This document shows, one piece after another, positions 1 through 9,788 of a stretch of DNA of 64,000 nt. The notes under the pieces were generated by a model that ran no database searches, was not told the DNA's origin, and worked only from the letters and a program-made list of their open reading frames with translations. Both the position numbers and the translations under genes were made by a program. Source of the stretch: Lachnospiraceae bacterium (GTDB taxonomy: Bacteria; Bacillota; Clostridia; Lachnospirales; Lachnospiraceae); the NCBI GenBank assembly GCA_030527595.1, contig JAUNAN010000001.1:882-64881 (forward strand). Reading direction: 5' to 3'. Numbering within the stretch: position 1 is the stretch's first letter; the number at the start of each line of letters is the position of its first letter.

Positions 1-1544
1 GCTTCGTTCCGAAGGGAAGAAAGGAAGAATGCCCGGTTCCGGATTATCTGAAAGATTATCTTGAGCATTATCATGAAGCTCTGGTAGAGTCTGTTGCGGA
101 AACCTCCGAAGAATTTATGGAAAGATTCTTTGCCGGTGAGGAATTCTCCGCTGCTGAGATCGCGGCTGCTCTGGCAACAAATATTGATGACTGCTCTATC
201 GTTCCGGTCTGCATGGGATCTCCTGTTAATCTCCAGGGCGTCTCTAACCTGATGGATGATATCGTTGAGTATTTCCCGAATCCTTCTCAGAGACCGTGCA
301 CGGGTATCAATCAGAAGACCAATGAGATGTATGAGGCGAATTATGATTTCCAGAAAGCGAAATCCGCATATGTCTGGAAGACTCTCGCTGATCCGTTTAT
401 CGGCAAATACAGCATGATCAAGGTCTGCTCCGGTACACTGAAATCAGATGATACCATGTATGATGTTCAGAAGGAGACGGATGTCCGTATCGGAAAGCTT
501 TATGTACTTCGCGGCAACAAGCCGATGGAAGTCAGTGAATTATTTGCAGGCGATATCGGTGCCCTGGCTAAGCTGGGTGACGTATCTACCGGCGACAGCC
601 TGTCAGTTAAGACAGCTCCGGTGCTTTACCCGAAAACAACATTGTCTACACCTTATACCTGCATGAGATATAAGGCAGTCAATAAGGGAGAGGAAGACAA
701 GGTCGCCCAGGCTCTTGCAAAACTCTGTGCAGAGGATCCGACGTTCAAGGCAGTTGTGGATTCCGCAAACAGCCAGTCGCTTCTCTACGGTATCGGTGAA
801 CAGCAGATCGAGATCATGAAGAGCAAGCTGAAAGAGCGCTATAAAGTCGATATTGAGCTGTCAGAGCCCAAGGTGGCTTTCCGTGAAACCATTAAGAAAA
901 CCTCTGATGTTCAGGGACGTTATAAGAAGCAGACCGGTGGACACGGTCAGTTCGGTGACGTTAAGATGAGATTCGAGCCCAGCGGCGACATGACAAAGCC
1001 GTATGAGTTTGCAATTGAGGTCGTCGGCGGGGCAGTTCCGAAGAATTATTATCCTGCGGTAGAAAAGGGTCTGAATGAATGTGTCGTTGCCGGCCCGCTG
1101 GCTGCATATCCGGTTGTCGGCGTAAAGGCTGTTCTGTATGACGGCTCCTATCATCCGGTTGATTCTTCGGAGCAGGCGTTCAAGACCGCAACACATCTTG
1201 CATTTAAGGATGGCTTTATGAAGGCAGGTCCGGTCCTTCTTGAGCCGATCGTAAATCTTCAGGTTACGGTTAAGGATCAGTATACAGGCGACGTCATGGG
1301 TGACTTGAATAAGCGCCGCGGACGTGTTCTGGGCATGAATCCGGATAAGCACGGCAATACAGTGATCGAAGCAGATGTTCCGCAGATGGAACTCTACGGT
1401 TACGGTACAACGCTTCGTTCTATGACCGGCGGATCCGGTGAGTTCGCTTATGAGTTTGCAAGATATGAGCAGGCACCGTCTGATGTTCAGGCAAAGCAGG
1501 TAGAACTTCGTGCAAACAAAGTAGCGGGACAGGATGTTGAGTAA
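1..1544 (+). CDS. Elongation factor G-like protein (EF-G paralogue), 5' truncated by window edge
   Basis: Frame is open from base 3 into the 117..1544 ORF. EF-G domain IV/V motifs KKQTGGHGQFGDV, DGSYHPVDSS and LLEPI..GDVMGDLNKRRGRV. Followed by a terminator rather than tuf. Confidence 0.9.
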   Translation, partial: FVPKGRKEECPVPDYLKDYLEHYHEALVESVAETSEEFMERFFAGEEFSAAEIAAALATNIDDCSIVPVCMGSPVNLQGVSNLMDDIVEYFPNPSQRPCTGINQKTNEMYEANYDFQKAKSAYVWKTLADPFIGKYSMIKVCSGTLKSDDTMYDVQKETDVRIGKLYVLRGNKPMEVSELFAGDIGALAKLGDVSTGDSLSVKTAPVLYPKTTLSTPYTCMRYKAVNKGEEDKVAQALAKLCAEDPTFKAVVDSANSQSLLYGIGEQQIEIMKSKLKERYKVDIELSEPKVAFRETIKKTSDVQGRYKKQTGGHGQFGDVKMRFEPSGDMTKPYEFAIEVVGGAVPKNYYPAVEKGLNECVVAGPLAAYPVVGVKAVLYDGSYHPVDSSEQAFKTATHLAFKDGFMKAGPVLLEPIVNLQVTVKDQYTGDVMGDLNKRRGRVLGMNPDKHGNTVIEADVPQMELYGYGTTLRSMTGGSGEFAYEFARYEQAPSDVQAKQVELRANKVAGQDVE

Positions 1545-1564
1545 AACAGAATAAGCAATATAAT

Positions 1565-1599
1565 AAGCGGCTGTGCATATGCACAGCCGCTTGATTTTT
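1565..1599. terminator. Probable bidirectional intrinsic terminator between EF-G-like gene and prs
   Basis: Perfect 28-bp palindrome AAGCGGCTGTGCATATGCACAGCCGCTT (1565-1592) with a T-tract just after, between convergent genes. Confidence 0.85.
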
Positions 1600-1611
1600 A
1601 TAAATAAGTGA

Positions 1612-2805
1612 TCATACAAGTTCAGAGTAACCGGAACTCCGATCGATCTTCTGAAGCATCTTTGTGATTTTATGTGTGGTGCTCTTGACGTGCTCAACTG
1701 ACATGTCATGATTCAGAGTATCTACGATGCTGGCCATATACTTAAACATATTGGCTGTTACATAGTAGGGTTTCTCGAGCAGCTCGGGATTGCGATAGCA
1801 GAGGTTGGTTGAGATCAGGTTTGTAAAGAGTCCCTGCTCGTAAGCTTCGTCAAATTTCTGGAAGCCGTCGGTGAAAAGAGCAAATGTTGTACAGATGAAA
1901 ATCCGCTTTGCCCCTCTGGCCTTGATCTGTTTGCACACATCCAGCATAGAGCCGCCTGATGAGATCATATCGTCAATTACGACGCAGTCCTTGCCCTCTA
2001 CGGAATCCCCAAGAAACTCATGAGCAACGATCGGATTTTTTCCGTTTACAACTCTGGAGTAGTCACGTCTCTTGTAGAACATGCCGATATCTGCTCCGAG
2101 AATGTTGGAAAAATAAACCGCTCTGTTCATGGCACCCTCATCGGGACTGATCACCATGAAATGATCGTGAGTGAGATTAAGATCCGGAGCTGCCTTTGTC
2201 AGAGCACGAAGGAACTGATACGTAGGCATGAAATTATCAAAACTGCGAAGCGGTGCAGCACTGACAACGCTGGGATCATGTGCATCGAAAGTGATGACAT
2301 TCTGGACGCCGTAGTCCGAGAGCTCCTTCAAAGCCATTGCACAGTCCAGAGATTCTCTGCCCGTGCGCTTGTGCTGCCTGCTTTCGTACAGAAACGGCAT
2401 GATGACACTGATGCGCTGTGCTTTTCCGTTTGCGGCGGAAATAATACGCTTGATGTCCTGATAATAGTTGTCCGGAGACATGTGATTTTCCTGTCCGCAG
2501 ACTTTATAAGTTACACTCCAGTTCGTTACATCTGCAAGGATGTAAAGATCTGCCCCTCGCACAGACTCCAGAAGCTTGGCTTTTCCCTCACCCGTACCAT
2601 ATCGGGAAAGCTTCGTATCCAGAAGATAGGAGGGTTCAATGTAGCCTCTGATCTTTGATGCATCCTTGTCCTGAAGCGCCTTGGCTTTTCTCATCTTGAC
2701 CAGGCTGTTGTTGACAGCTTTGGCCATATCTTCGCATCCGTTTAAGTAAGCGATCTTCAGCGGTGCAACCGGCAGAATCTTTTCCTGTTCAGCAGTTGAT
2801 GCCAT
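1612..2805 (-). CDS. prs: Ribose-phosphate pyrophosphokinase
   Basis: Motifs MPFLYESRQHKR, ISPDEGA and VIDDMISSGGS. Start moved to ATG 2805, which follows a GGGAGG SD. Confidence 0.93.
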   Translation of the reverse strand: MASTAEQEKILPVAPLKIAYLNGCEDMAKAVNNSLVKMRKAKALQDKDASKIRGYIEPSYLLDTKLSRYGTGEGKAKLLESVRGADLYILADVTNWSVTYKVCGQENHMSPDNYYQDIKRIISAANGKAQRISVIMPFLYESRQHKRTGRESLDCAMALKELSDYGVQNVITFDAHDPSVVSAAPLRSFDNFMPTYQFLRALTKAAPDLNLTHDHFMVISPDEGAMNRAVYFSNILGADIGMFYKRRDYSRVVNGKNPIVAHEFLGDSVEGKDCVVIDDMISSGGSMLDVCKQIKARGAKRIFICTTFALFTDGFQKFDEAYEQGLFTNLISTNLCYRNPELLEKPYYVTANMFKYMASIVDTLNHDMSVEHVKSTTHKITKMLQKIDRSSGYSELV

Positions 2806-2980
2806 AATACCTCCCAATTGCCTGATATTCATAATTGTGCAAATACATCTTATACCATTAACCAAAATGAGACAAGTGTAAAATCCTAAGTATCCGGGTG
2901 TATTTCTAATGGTTATATCTTTGGAAATGTGTTAAAATACAAAAGTATCATCATGCTCGATTTAGATGAAGGAGAATGAA

Positions 2981-4462
2981 ATGATTACTAATGATGCGGG
3001 TATTATTAAATTAAAACATCAGATTATGGAAGATATGTGCCGTCTGGCCTGGAACGATCAGCTGGACGAGGAACATTTTGACGAACTTGCCTATAAAATC
3101 AGTCCGGGTCCGAGACCTAATTACAGATGCTGTGTCTACAAGGAGAGAGAAATTACGAGACAGCGAATCAGACTGAATATGGGGCTGAAGGCTTCTCCGG
3201 ATACCGATAATGACAACATTATTCAGGTCGTTAAGCCGGCGTGCGAGGAGTGTTCCATTGCAGCCTATACCGTAACGGATAACTGCCGTCTCTGTATGGG
3301 AAAGGCTTGTATGAACAGCTGTAAATTCGGTGCGATCAGTATGGGACCGCACAGATCCTATATCGATCCGGATAAGTGCAAGGAGTGCGGACAGTGTGCG
3401 AAGGCATGTCCGTATGAAGCGATCGTACATCTGGTACGTCCCTGCAAAAAGGCGTGCGATGTAAATGCAATTACCTTTGATGAAACCGGTATCTGCAAGA
3501 TCGATGACAGTAAGTGTATTTCCTGCGGTCACTGCAGACATGCATGTCCTTTCGGTGCGATCAATTCCAAGCACTATACGGTCAATGTTATTCAGGAGCT
3601 GAAGGCAGGCAAAGAAGTATACGCTATGGTTGCTCCGGCCATCGAGGGTCAGTACGGACCTGAGATCAGCATGGGTGCGATCCGTCAGAGCTTCCTGAAG
3701 CTTGGCTTTGCCGATATGGTCGAGGTCGGACTTGGCGGTGATATGACTGCTGCATATGAGTCAGCCGAATGGGCGGAAGCTGCGGCAAAGGGAAAGAAAA
3801 TGACAACATCCTGCTGCCCGGCATTTGTAAATATGCTGAAAAAGCACTTCCCGGAGCAGTATGAGGAAAATATGTCTGACGTGGTTTCTCCGATGTGTGC
3901 GGTGTCCCGTTATTTAAAGGCAAAGCATCCGGGCTGCATCACAGTGTTTGTCGGCCCCTGTATCGCAAAGAAATCCGAGGCTCTTGATAAGTCTGTTGAG
4001 GGTAATGCGGATTATGTACTTGCATTCAGTGAATTCGAGCGCATGCTTTCATCAAGAGACATGAAGATCGAACCGATTGAAGAGTCTGAGGAAAACCGCT
4101 ATCAGGAGGCTTCCGTATTCGGAAAGGAATTTGCTTCCTCCGGCGGCGTTGCTGACTCTGTTATCGAGTGTATGATCGAAAGAGGCGATGATATCTCCGG
4201 TATCCGTCTGAGAAAGTGCTCAGGTGCAAGTGAATGTAAGACAGCGCTTCTGATGCTGAAGGCAGGAAAGCTGCCGGAAGATTTCATTGAGGGCATGGCT
4301 TGTGTCGGCGGATGCGTCGGCGGTCCGTCTACAAGACTTGACAAGATGGAGACGACAAGATACAGAAAAACAATGTTCCAGAATGCTGATGACAGAGGTG
4401 TTCTTGAGAACCTGAAGGATTATCCGATGGAGTCCTTCTCTATGTTCCGTGATAATCACTAA
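2981..4462 (+). CDS. Monomeric [FeFe]-hydrogenase with ferredoxin domains (group B-like)
   Basis: H-cluster motifs TTSCCPAF, GPCIAKKSE and EGMACVGGCVGG, plus N-terminal CxxCxxCxxxCP 4Fe-4S motifs. SD AAGGAG before ATG 2981. Confidence 0.9.
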   Translation: MITNDAGIIKLKHQIMEDMCRLAWNDQLDEEHFDELAYKISPGPRPNYRCCVYKEREITRQRIRLNMGLKASPDTDNDNIIQVVKPACEECSIAAYTVTDNCRLCMGKACMNSCKFGAISMGPHRSYIDPDKCKECGQCAKACPYEAIVHLVRPCKKACDVNAITFDETGICKIDDSKCISCGHCRHACPFGAINSKHYTVNVIQELKAGKEVYAMVAPAIEGQYGPEISMGAIRQSFLKLGFADMVEVGLGGDMTAAYESAEWAEAAAKGKKMTTSCCPAFVNMLKKHFPEQYEENMSDVVSPMCAVSRYLKAKHPGCITVFVGPCIAKKSEALDKSVEGNADYVLAFSEFERMLSSRDMKIEPIEESEENRYQEASVFGKEFASSGGVADSVIECMIERGDDISGIRLRKCSGASECKTALLMLKAGKLPEDFIEGMACVGGCVGGPSTRLDKMETTRYRKTMFQNADDRGVLENLKDYPMESFSMFRDNH

Positions 4463-4477
4463 GACAGAGGAAAGTTT

Positions 4478-5908
4478 ATGAGACAAGACGGACATAAGAT
4501 CCGTTCCGTGCTGCCGGGCGGTATTGCTGAGGAGATGGGCATCGAGCCCGGCATGACACTGGTATCCATTAACGGACAGGCGGTAGAAGATGTATTCGAC
4601 TACCGCTATCTGATGTCCGGCGAATATTTGAATGTTCTTATCAGAGAAGAGAACGGAGAAGAGACCCTTCTGGAAATTGAGAAGGATCCGGATGAAGAAT
4701 TCGGAGTGGAATTTGAATCTTCGATGATGGACGATTATAAGTCATGCAGAAACAAGTGCATCTTCTGTTTTATTGATCAGATGCCTAAGGGAATGCGGGA
4801 GACTCTTTATTTTAAGGATGATGACTCCCGCCTTTCTTTTTTGCAGGGAAATTATGTCACCTTAACAAACATGAGCGATAAAGATATTGACCGCATTATC
4901 CGGTATCGTATGGAGCCGATCAATATCTCCGTTCAGACCACAAATCCGGAATTAAGATGCCGGATGCTGAACAATCGGTTTGCGGGGGATGTTTTCCCTA
5001 AAATACAGAAACTGCATGAGCATCATATCCATATGAACGGGCAGATCGTGCTCTGTAAAGGATTTAATGACGGCGAAGAGCTCGACAGATCTATTCGCGA
5101 TCTCACTGCTTATCTGCCCGAAATGCAGAGTGTGTCCGTGGTTCCGGTCGGTATTTCCAGGTACCGTGAGGGATTGGAACCCCTGCTTCCCTTTACGAAG
5201 GAGGATGCATGCGCAGTAATCGATCTCATTGAAAGCTGGCAGAAAAAGATGTATGAAATGACATCCGAAAAAGCTGCTTCCGATGATCTCGATGCTGCTG
5301 ACTGGACACCGAGCCATTTTATTCATGCATCGGATGAGTGGTATCTGCTTGCGGAGCGGCCGATTCCCGATGCGGATCAGTATGATGGATATATTCAATA
5401 TGAAAACGGCGTCGGTATGCTGCGTCTCCTTGAAGAAGAGGTGTCTTCATTTTTGGATGATCCGGATGAGGATGCCGTGCGTCTGGAAGGACGGTCTCAT
5501 CAAAGAAAAGTGACGATTGCAACGGGGCGGCTTGCCGGTCCGTCGCTTCGCAGGTTTGTTGCCCTTACTCGGCAGAAATATCCGTTTGTGACTGTCGATG
5601 TAACGGAGATAACGAATCGCTTTTTCGGAGAATCCATTACTGTCTCGGGTCTTATCACGGGACAGGATCTGATCGGGCAGCTTAAGGAAAAGCAGCAGTC
5701 CGGAGAAGATCTGGGCGAGGAGCTGTTGATACCGGTAAATATGCTAAGGTCCGGAGAGGAAGTATTTTTGGATGATCTCACATTAACGGATGTGAGAAGG
5801 GAACTGGGAATTCCTGTACGTGTCGTATGGGAAGGTGGAGATGATTTTGTGAGAGCGATTCTTGGGCTCCCGCATGTGAAAGAAGAGGAAAGACAGACTT
5901 ATGAGTAG
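4478..5908 (+). CDS. DUF512 radical-SAM-like Fe-S protein with N-terminal PDZ-like domain
   Basis: CRNKCIFCFIDQMPKGMRETLYFKDDDSRLSFLQGNYVTLTN and QYENGVGM motifs. Overlaps the der start. Confidence 0.85.
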   Translation: MRQDGHKIRSVLPGGIAEEMGIEPGMTLVSINGQAVEDVFDYRYLMSGEYLNVLIREENGEETLLEIEKDPDEEFGVEFESSMMDDYKSCRNKCIFCFIDQMPKGMRETLYFKDDDSRLSFLQGNYVTLTNMSDKDIDRIIRYRMEPINISVQTTNPELRCRMLNNRFAGDVFPKIQKLHEHHIHMNGQIVLCKGFNDGEELDRSIRDLTAYLPEMQSVSVVPVGISRYREGLEPLLPFTKEDACAVIDLIESWQKKMYEMTSEKAASDDLDAADWTPSHFIHASDEWYLLAERPIPDADQYDGYIQYENGVGMLRLLEEEVSSFLDDPDEDAVRLEGRSHQRKVTIATGRLAGPSLRRFVALTRQKYPFVTVDVTEITNRFFGESITVSGLITGQDLIGQLKEKQQSGEDLGEELLIPVNMLRSGEEVFLDDLTLTDVRRELGIPVRVVWEGGDDFVRAILGLPHVKEEERQTYE

Positions 5909-7232
5909 ACCGATCGTTGCGATTGTAGGAAGACCGAATGTCGGTAAATCCACGCTGTTCAACGTGCTGGCCGGCGCAAATATTTCTATTATCAAGGATA
6001 CTCCGGGTGTTACCCGTGACCGCATTTATGCGGAGGTAAACTGGACGGGATATGATTTCACGCTAATTGACACCGGCGGTATTGAGCCCGAGTCCGATGA
6101 TGTGATCGTCCGCCAGATGAGAGAACAGGCACAGATTGCAATCGAGACTGCTGACGTGATCATTTTCATGACGGACGTGAGAGAGGGATTGCAGGATGCG
6201 GATGTCACTGTTGCCGAAATGCTGCGCAAATCGCGCAAGCCTGTTGTGCTGGCTGTAAACAAGGTTGACAGCTATCAGAAGCAGCAGATGGATGTTTACG
6301 AATTCTATGAACTGGGAATGGGAGATCCGATGCCTGTCTCCGGATCCAATCGCCAGGGAATCGGTGATCTTTTGGATGAGGTTACAAAATATTTTGATTC
6401 CGCGGCAGGTGAAGAGGAAGAGGACGATGCGCCTAAGATCGCGATCGTCGGAAAGCCGAACGTCGGAAAGTCCAGCATTATTAATAAGCTGATCGGTGAG
6501 AACCGTATGATCGTTTCCAATATTGCCGGTACTACAAGAGATGCCATCGACTCCAGAATTAAATTCCAGGGGAAAGAATACATTTTTATTGACACGGCAG
6601 GACTTCGCAGGAAGAGCAAGGTTAAGGAGGAACTGGAACGTTTTACGGTCATCCGAACCGTCGCTGCCGTTGAGCGTGCGGATGTCGTGGTGATCGTTAT
6701 TGACGCGGCGGATGGTATTTCCGAGCAGGATGCAAAGATTGCCGGTATTGCACATGAGCGCGGCAAAGGAATCGTGATTGCAGTAAACAAGTGGGATGCG
6801 ATCCAAAAGGAGACAAATACGCCGAGGGAATTCGAGAAGAAGGTCAGGGAAGTACTTTCCTACCTGCCCTATGCCCAGATCCTCTTTGTTTCCGCAGAGA
6901 CCGGTCAGAGACTTCCCAAGCTGTTTTCCACGATCGATATGGTGATCGAAAACCAGAATAAGCGTATAGCAACCGGCGTTCTGAATGAGATCATTACCGA
7001 GGCAATCGCTTTGAACAGTCCGCCTACCGACAAGGGCAAGCGCCTTAAGATCTACTACACCACTCAGGTTTCCGTTGCTCCTCCGACCTTTGTGATCTTT
7101 GTAAATGACAAACAGCTGATGCATTTCTCTTATCTGCGGTATCTTGAGAATCAGATTCGCAATACCTTCGATTTTACGGGAACCGCACTTCGGTTTATTG
7201 TCAGAGAGCGTTCCGAGAAGGATCAAAAATAA
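5901..7232 (+). CDS. der: Ribosome biogenesis GTPase Der (EngA)
   Basis: Two G domains (GRPNVGKST, GKPNVGKSS, DTGG/DTAG, NKVD/NKWD) and a KH-like C-terminus. Confidence 0.97.
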   Translation: MSRPIVAIVGRPNVGKSTLFNVLAGANISIIKDTPGVTRDRIYAEVNWTGYDFTLIDTGGIEPESDDVIVRQMREQAQIAIETADVIIFMTDVREGLQDADVTVAEMLRKSRKPVVLAVNKVDSYQKQQMDVYEFYELGMGDPMPVSGSNRQGIGDLLDEVTKYFDSAAGEEEEDDAPKIAIVGKPNVGKSSIINKLIGENRMIVSNIAGTTRDAIDSRIKFQGKEYIFIDTAGLRRKSKVKEELERFTVIRTVAAVERADVVVIVIDAADGISEQDAKIAGIAHERGKGIVIAVNKWDAIQKETNTPREFEKKVREVLSYLPYAQILFVSAETGQRLPKLFSTIDMVIENQNKRIATGVLNEIITEAIALNSPPTDKGKRLKIYYTTQVSVAPPTFVIFVNDKQLMHFSYLRYLENQIRNTFDFTGTALRFIVRERSEKDQK

Positions 7233-7301
7233 GTTTGCACGTATCTCTGTTTGTTCATTTGAATCGAACAAATTATTCCGAAGGGAGGAAGGCTGTTCAC
7301 T

Positions 7302-7952
7302 ATGTTTAGATTATTTGCGCTGCTGATCGGCTACTGTTTCGGGCTGTTTCAGACGTCGTATTTTATCGGCAGATCAAAGGGGATCGATATCCGGACGAAG
7401 GGATCGGGAAATGCGGGGATGACCAACACACTGCGCGTCTTCGGCGGGAAAGCTGCTGTGCTGGTTCTTTTCTGTGATGCACTTAAGTGTATTCTTTCGG
7501 TCGTGATCGCAAGAATTTTGTTCTGCAGGGTAGATCCGGGGCTCACGGCTATGGTTTCCTCCTATGCGGCATTCGGTGCAGTTCTTGGCCATGTCTTCCC
7601 GTTTTATATGCATTTCAAGGGAGGGAAGGGTGTTGCCTGTACCTGCGGAGCAGGTATGATTTTCTGTGTTCCCTCATTTTTGATCAGTGTAGTGCTGTTT
7701 CTGGGAATCGTGTTTGGAACCGGCTATGTGTCTCTCGGCAGCTTGGCGGCAACATTGACCTTCCTGATCACCTATCTGATCTTTGACCACAGACAGATGT
7801 TCGGTATTCAGGACACTCATTTTGTGGAGACCGCAATTGTCACAGCAGGAATTGTTGCCCTGATCTGGTTTAAGCACAGAGCAAATATCAAAAGACTTTT
7901 GAGCGGTACGGAAAATAAAACACATCTCGGTCCCAAGAAAAAGGAGGAATGA
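7302..7952 (+). CDS. plsY: Glycerol-3-phosphate acyltransferase PlsY
   Basis: GSGNAGMTNTLR, GHVFP..FKGGKGVA and KHRANIKRL motifs. Lies between der and gpsA. Confidence 0.93.
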   Translation: MFRLFALLIGYCFGLFQTSYFIGRSKGIDIRTKGSGNAGMTNTLRVFGGKAAVLVLFCDALKCILSVVIARILFCRVDPGLTAMVSSYAAFGAVLGHVFPFYMHFKGGKGVACTCGAGMIFCVPSFLISVVLFLGIVFGTGYVSLGSLAATLTFLITYLIFDHRQMFGIQDTHFVETAIVTAGIVALIWFKHRANIKRLLSGTENKTHLGPKKKEE

Positions 7953-7954
7953 GC

Positions 7955-8944
7955 ATGGCACGTATTTCCGTAATCGGAGCAGGGGCATTTGGCTTGGCAA
8001 TTTCCGTACATCTTGCTGGTATCGGACATGAGGTTCTTGTCTGGTCCCATAATGAAGAGAAGGTCACGGCACTGCGCGAGACCGGGAAATCCGATGCATT
8101 TCCGGGGACAGATATTCCGAAAGAGATCATGTATACTTCTGACAGGAGGAAAGCATCTGAGCATAGGGACCTGATCGTGTTTGCCGTCGCTTCTCCGTAT
8201 TCAAGAAATACGGCAGCCGGCTTTGCTCCTTATATCAAAGAAAATCAGCTGATTACCACGGTTACGAAAGGTGTCGAAGATACTACCTTTGCAACACAGG
8301 CTGATATCCTGAAGCAGGAGATTCCTCAGGCTGTGGTTACTGCGCTGTCGGGTCCTACCCATGCGGAGGAGATCGTAAAAAGTCAGCCGACTACGATGGT
8401 TGCGGCGTCTGAAGATGAGCGGGCAGCGGAATATGTACAGGATATTTTCATGAGTGACAGGCTTCGGGTATATACCAGTCAGGATGTTCTCGGAGTGGAG
8501 CTCGGAGGATCACTGAAAAATGTCATTGCACTCGCTGCGGGAATGGCAGACGGTCTTGGATACGGGGATAATGCAAAGGCTGCGCTGATTACAAGGGGCA
8601 TTCATGAGATGGCGGGCCTCGCAGTCAAAATGGGTGCTAAGGCGGAAACCCTGTACGGGTTGACCGGAATCGGAGATCTGATCGTAACATGTGAATCCAA
8701 ACACAGCAGAAACAGGAAATGCGGTATGCTGATCGGACAGGGAATATCCATGGATGAGGCGGTGAAGACGGTCGGACAGGTCGTAGAGGGAATTCATTCG
8801 GCGAAGGCTGCAATGGGACTTTCAGAAAAATACGGCTTTCCGCTTCCGATTACAGAGCAGGTCAACGCGGTTCTTTATACAGGGAAGGATCCCAGACAGG
8901 GAGTTCTGGATCTTATGATGCGTGACAAAAAAAGTGAGTACTAA
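7955..8944 (+). CDS. gpsA: NAD(P)H-dependent glycerol-3-phosphate dehydrogenase
   Basis: GAGAFG, LSGPTHAEE, LKNVIALAAG and GDLIVTC..HSRNR motifs. ATG 7955 is better spaced from AAGGAGG than 7949. Confidence 0.95.
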   Translation: MARISVIGAGAFGLAISVHLAGIGHEVLVWSHNEEKVTALRETGKSDAFPGTDIPKEIMYTSDRRKASEHRDLIVFAVASPYSRNTAAGFAPYIKENQLITTVTKGVEDTTFATQADILKQEIPQAVVTALSGPTHAEEIVKSQPTTMVAASEDERAAEYVQDIFMSDRLRVYTSQDVLGVELGGSLKNVIALAAGMADGLGYGDNAKAALITRGIHEMAGLAVKMGAKAETLYGLTGIGDLIVTCESKHSRNRKCGMLIGQGISMDEAVKTVGQVVEGIHSAKAAMGLSEKYGFPLPITEQVNAVLYTGKDPRQGVLDLMMRDKKSEY

Positions 8945-8971
8945 AAAAAAGCTGCGTAAGCAGCTTTTTTT
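8944..8971. terminator. Bidirectional intrinsic terminator between gpsA and the AKR gene
   Basis: A-tract, GCTGC-GTAA-GCAGC hairpin, T7 tract, between convergent genes. Confidence 0.85.
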
Positions 8972-8972
8972 G

Positions 8973-9788
8973 TTAATTAAGAATATCAACCGGTACATTA
9001 ATGACTCTGAGATCCTCATTCATCTGATCGATGACAGCCATTTCCGTTTCATCTAATTCAAAATCAAATATCTGACTGTTTTCAAGAAGACGATCGATCT
9101 GTATTGATCTCGGAATCACGCAGATATCCTTCTGAATCAGCCAGCGGAGACCGATCTGAGCAGTACTGCGATGATATTTTTCCGCCATTTGCTTAAGAAA
9201 ATGACGATTGAGGTATTCGCCCCTTGCGAGCGGAGCAGATGCCTGAACGACGATTCCCTTGCTCTGGCAGAAATTTCTCAGTTTTTCCTGATTACAGAGC
9301 GGATGATACTCGATCTGATTCACTGCGGGTACAATATCGGAATTCTCGAGCAGGTGCATCAGCTCCAGCTCGTTAAAATTACATACTCCGATTGCTTTTG
9401 CAAGCCCGGAGCGATAAATTTTTTCCATTGCATGCCAGGTTTCCGGATAACATCCGGCAACCGGCCAGTGCATGAGATAAAGATCAACATAGTCCAGCTG
9501 CAGGCGTTCCAGCGATCTCATGAAAGCGCCTTCGATATCGCCGATCCGCTGAGCGGTATTCCAGACTTTTGTTGTAATAAACAGTTCATCCCGCGGAACT
9601 CCGCAGGAACGTACGGCATCGCCGACCTCATCCTCATTTTTATAGGCAGAGGCAGTGTCAAACAGGCGATAGCCCATGACTACCGCATCCTGCATGATCT
9701 GTGTGACGTTTTTTCCGGTAACTGTATATAAACCCAGACCGAAACGGGGCATCGCTGTCCCTGAATTTAATTTAATGAGTCTGTCCAT
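8973..9788 (-). CDS. Aldo/keto reductase (2,5-diketo-D-gluconate reductase-like)
   Basis: FDTASAYKNE, ELFITTKVWN, DLYLMHWP, IGVCNF and NQIEYHP motifs. Confidence 0.92.
   Translation of the reverse strand: MDRLIKLNSGTAMPRFGLGLYTVTGKNVTQIMQDAVVMGYRLFDTASAYKNEDEVGDAVRSCGVPRDELFITTKVWNTAQRIGDIEGAFMRSLERLQLDYVDLYLMHWPVAGCYPETWHAMEKIYRSGLAKAIGVCNFNELELMHLLENSDIVPAVNQIEYHPLCNQEKLRNFCQSKGIVVQASAPLARGEYLNRHFLKQMAEKYHRSTAQIGLRWLIQKDICVIPRSIQIDRLLENSQIFDFELDETEMAVIDQMNEDLRVINVPVDILN

Noticed and set aside
2981-7232. Hydrogenase + radical SAM + GTPase as a new hydrogenase maturation cluster (HydE/G/F analogues)
   Set aside because: The GTPase is clearly Der (tandem G domains, no HydF Fe-S motif), and DUF512 commonly accompanies der without any hydrogenase.
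6063-7271. 402-aa antisense ORF, and similar long ones at 861-1709, 16477-17364, 17635-18561, 34867-35745, 45295-46236, 54803-55777 and 56472-57287
   Set aside because: All lie opposite well-conserved genes and show no motifs. They are shadow ORFs produced by codon bias.
7251-7271. TTGTTC-N9-GAACAA inverted repeat before plsY as a LexA or FapR site
   Set aside because: Half-site orientation and spacing fit neither consensus, and it is too short to call.
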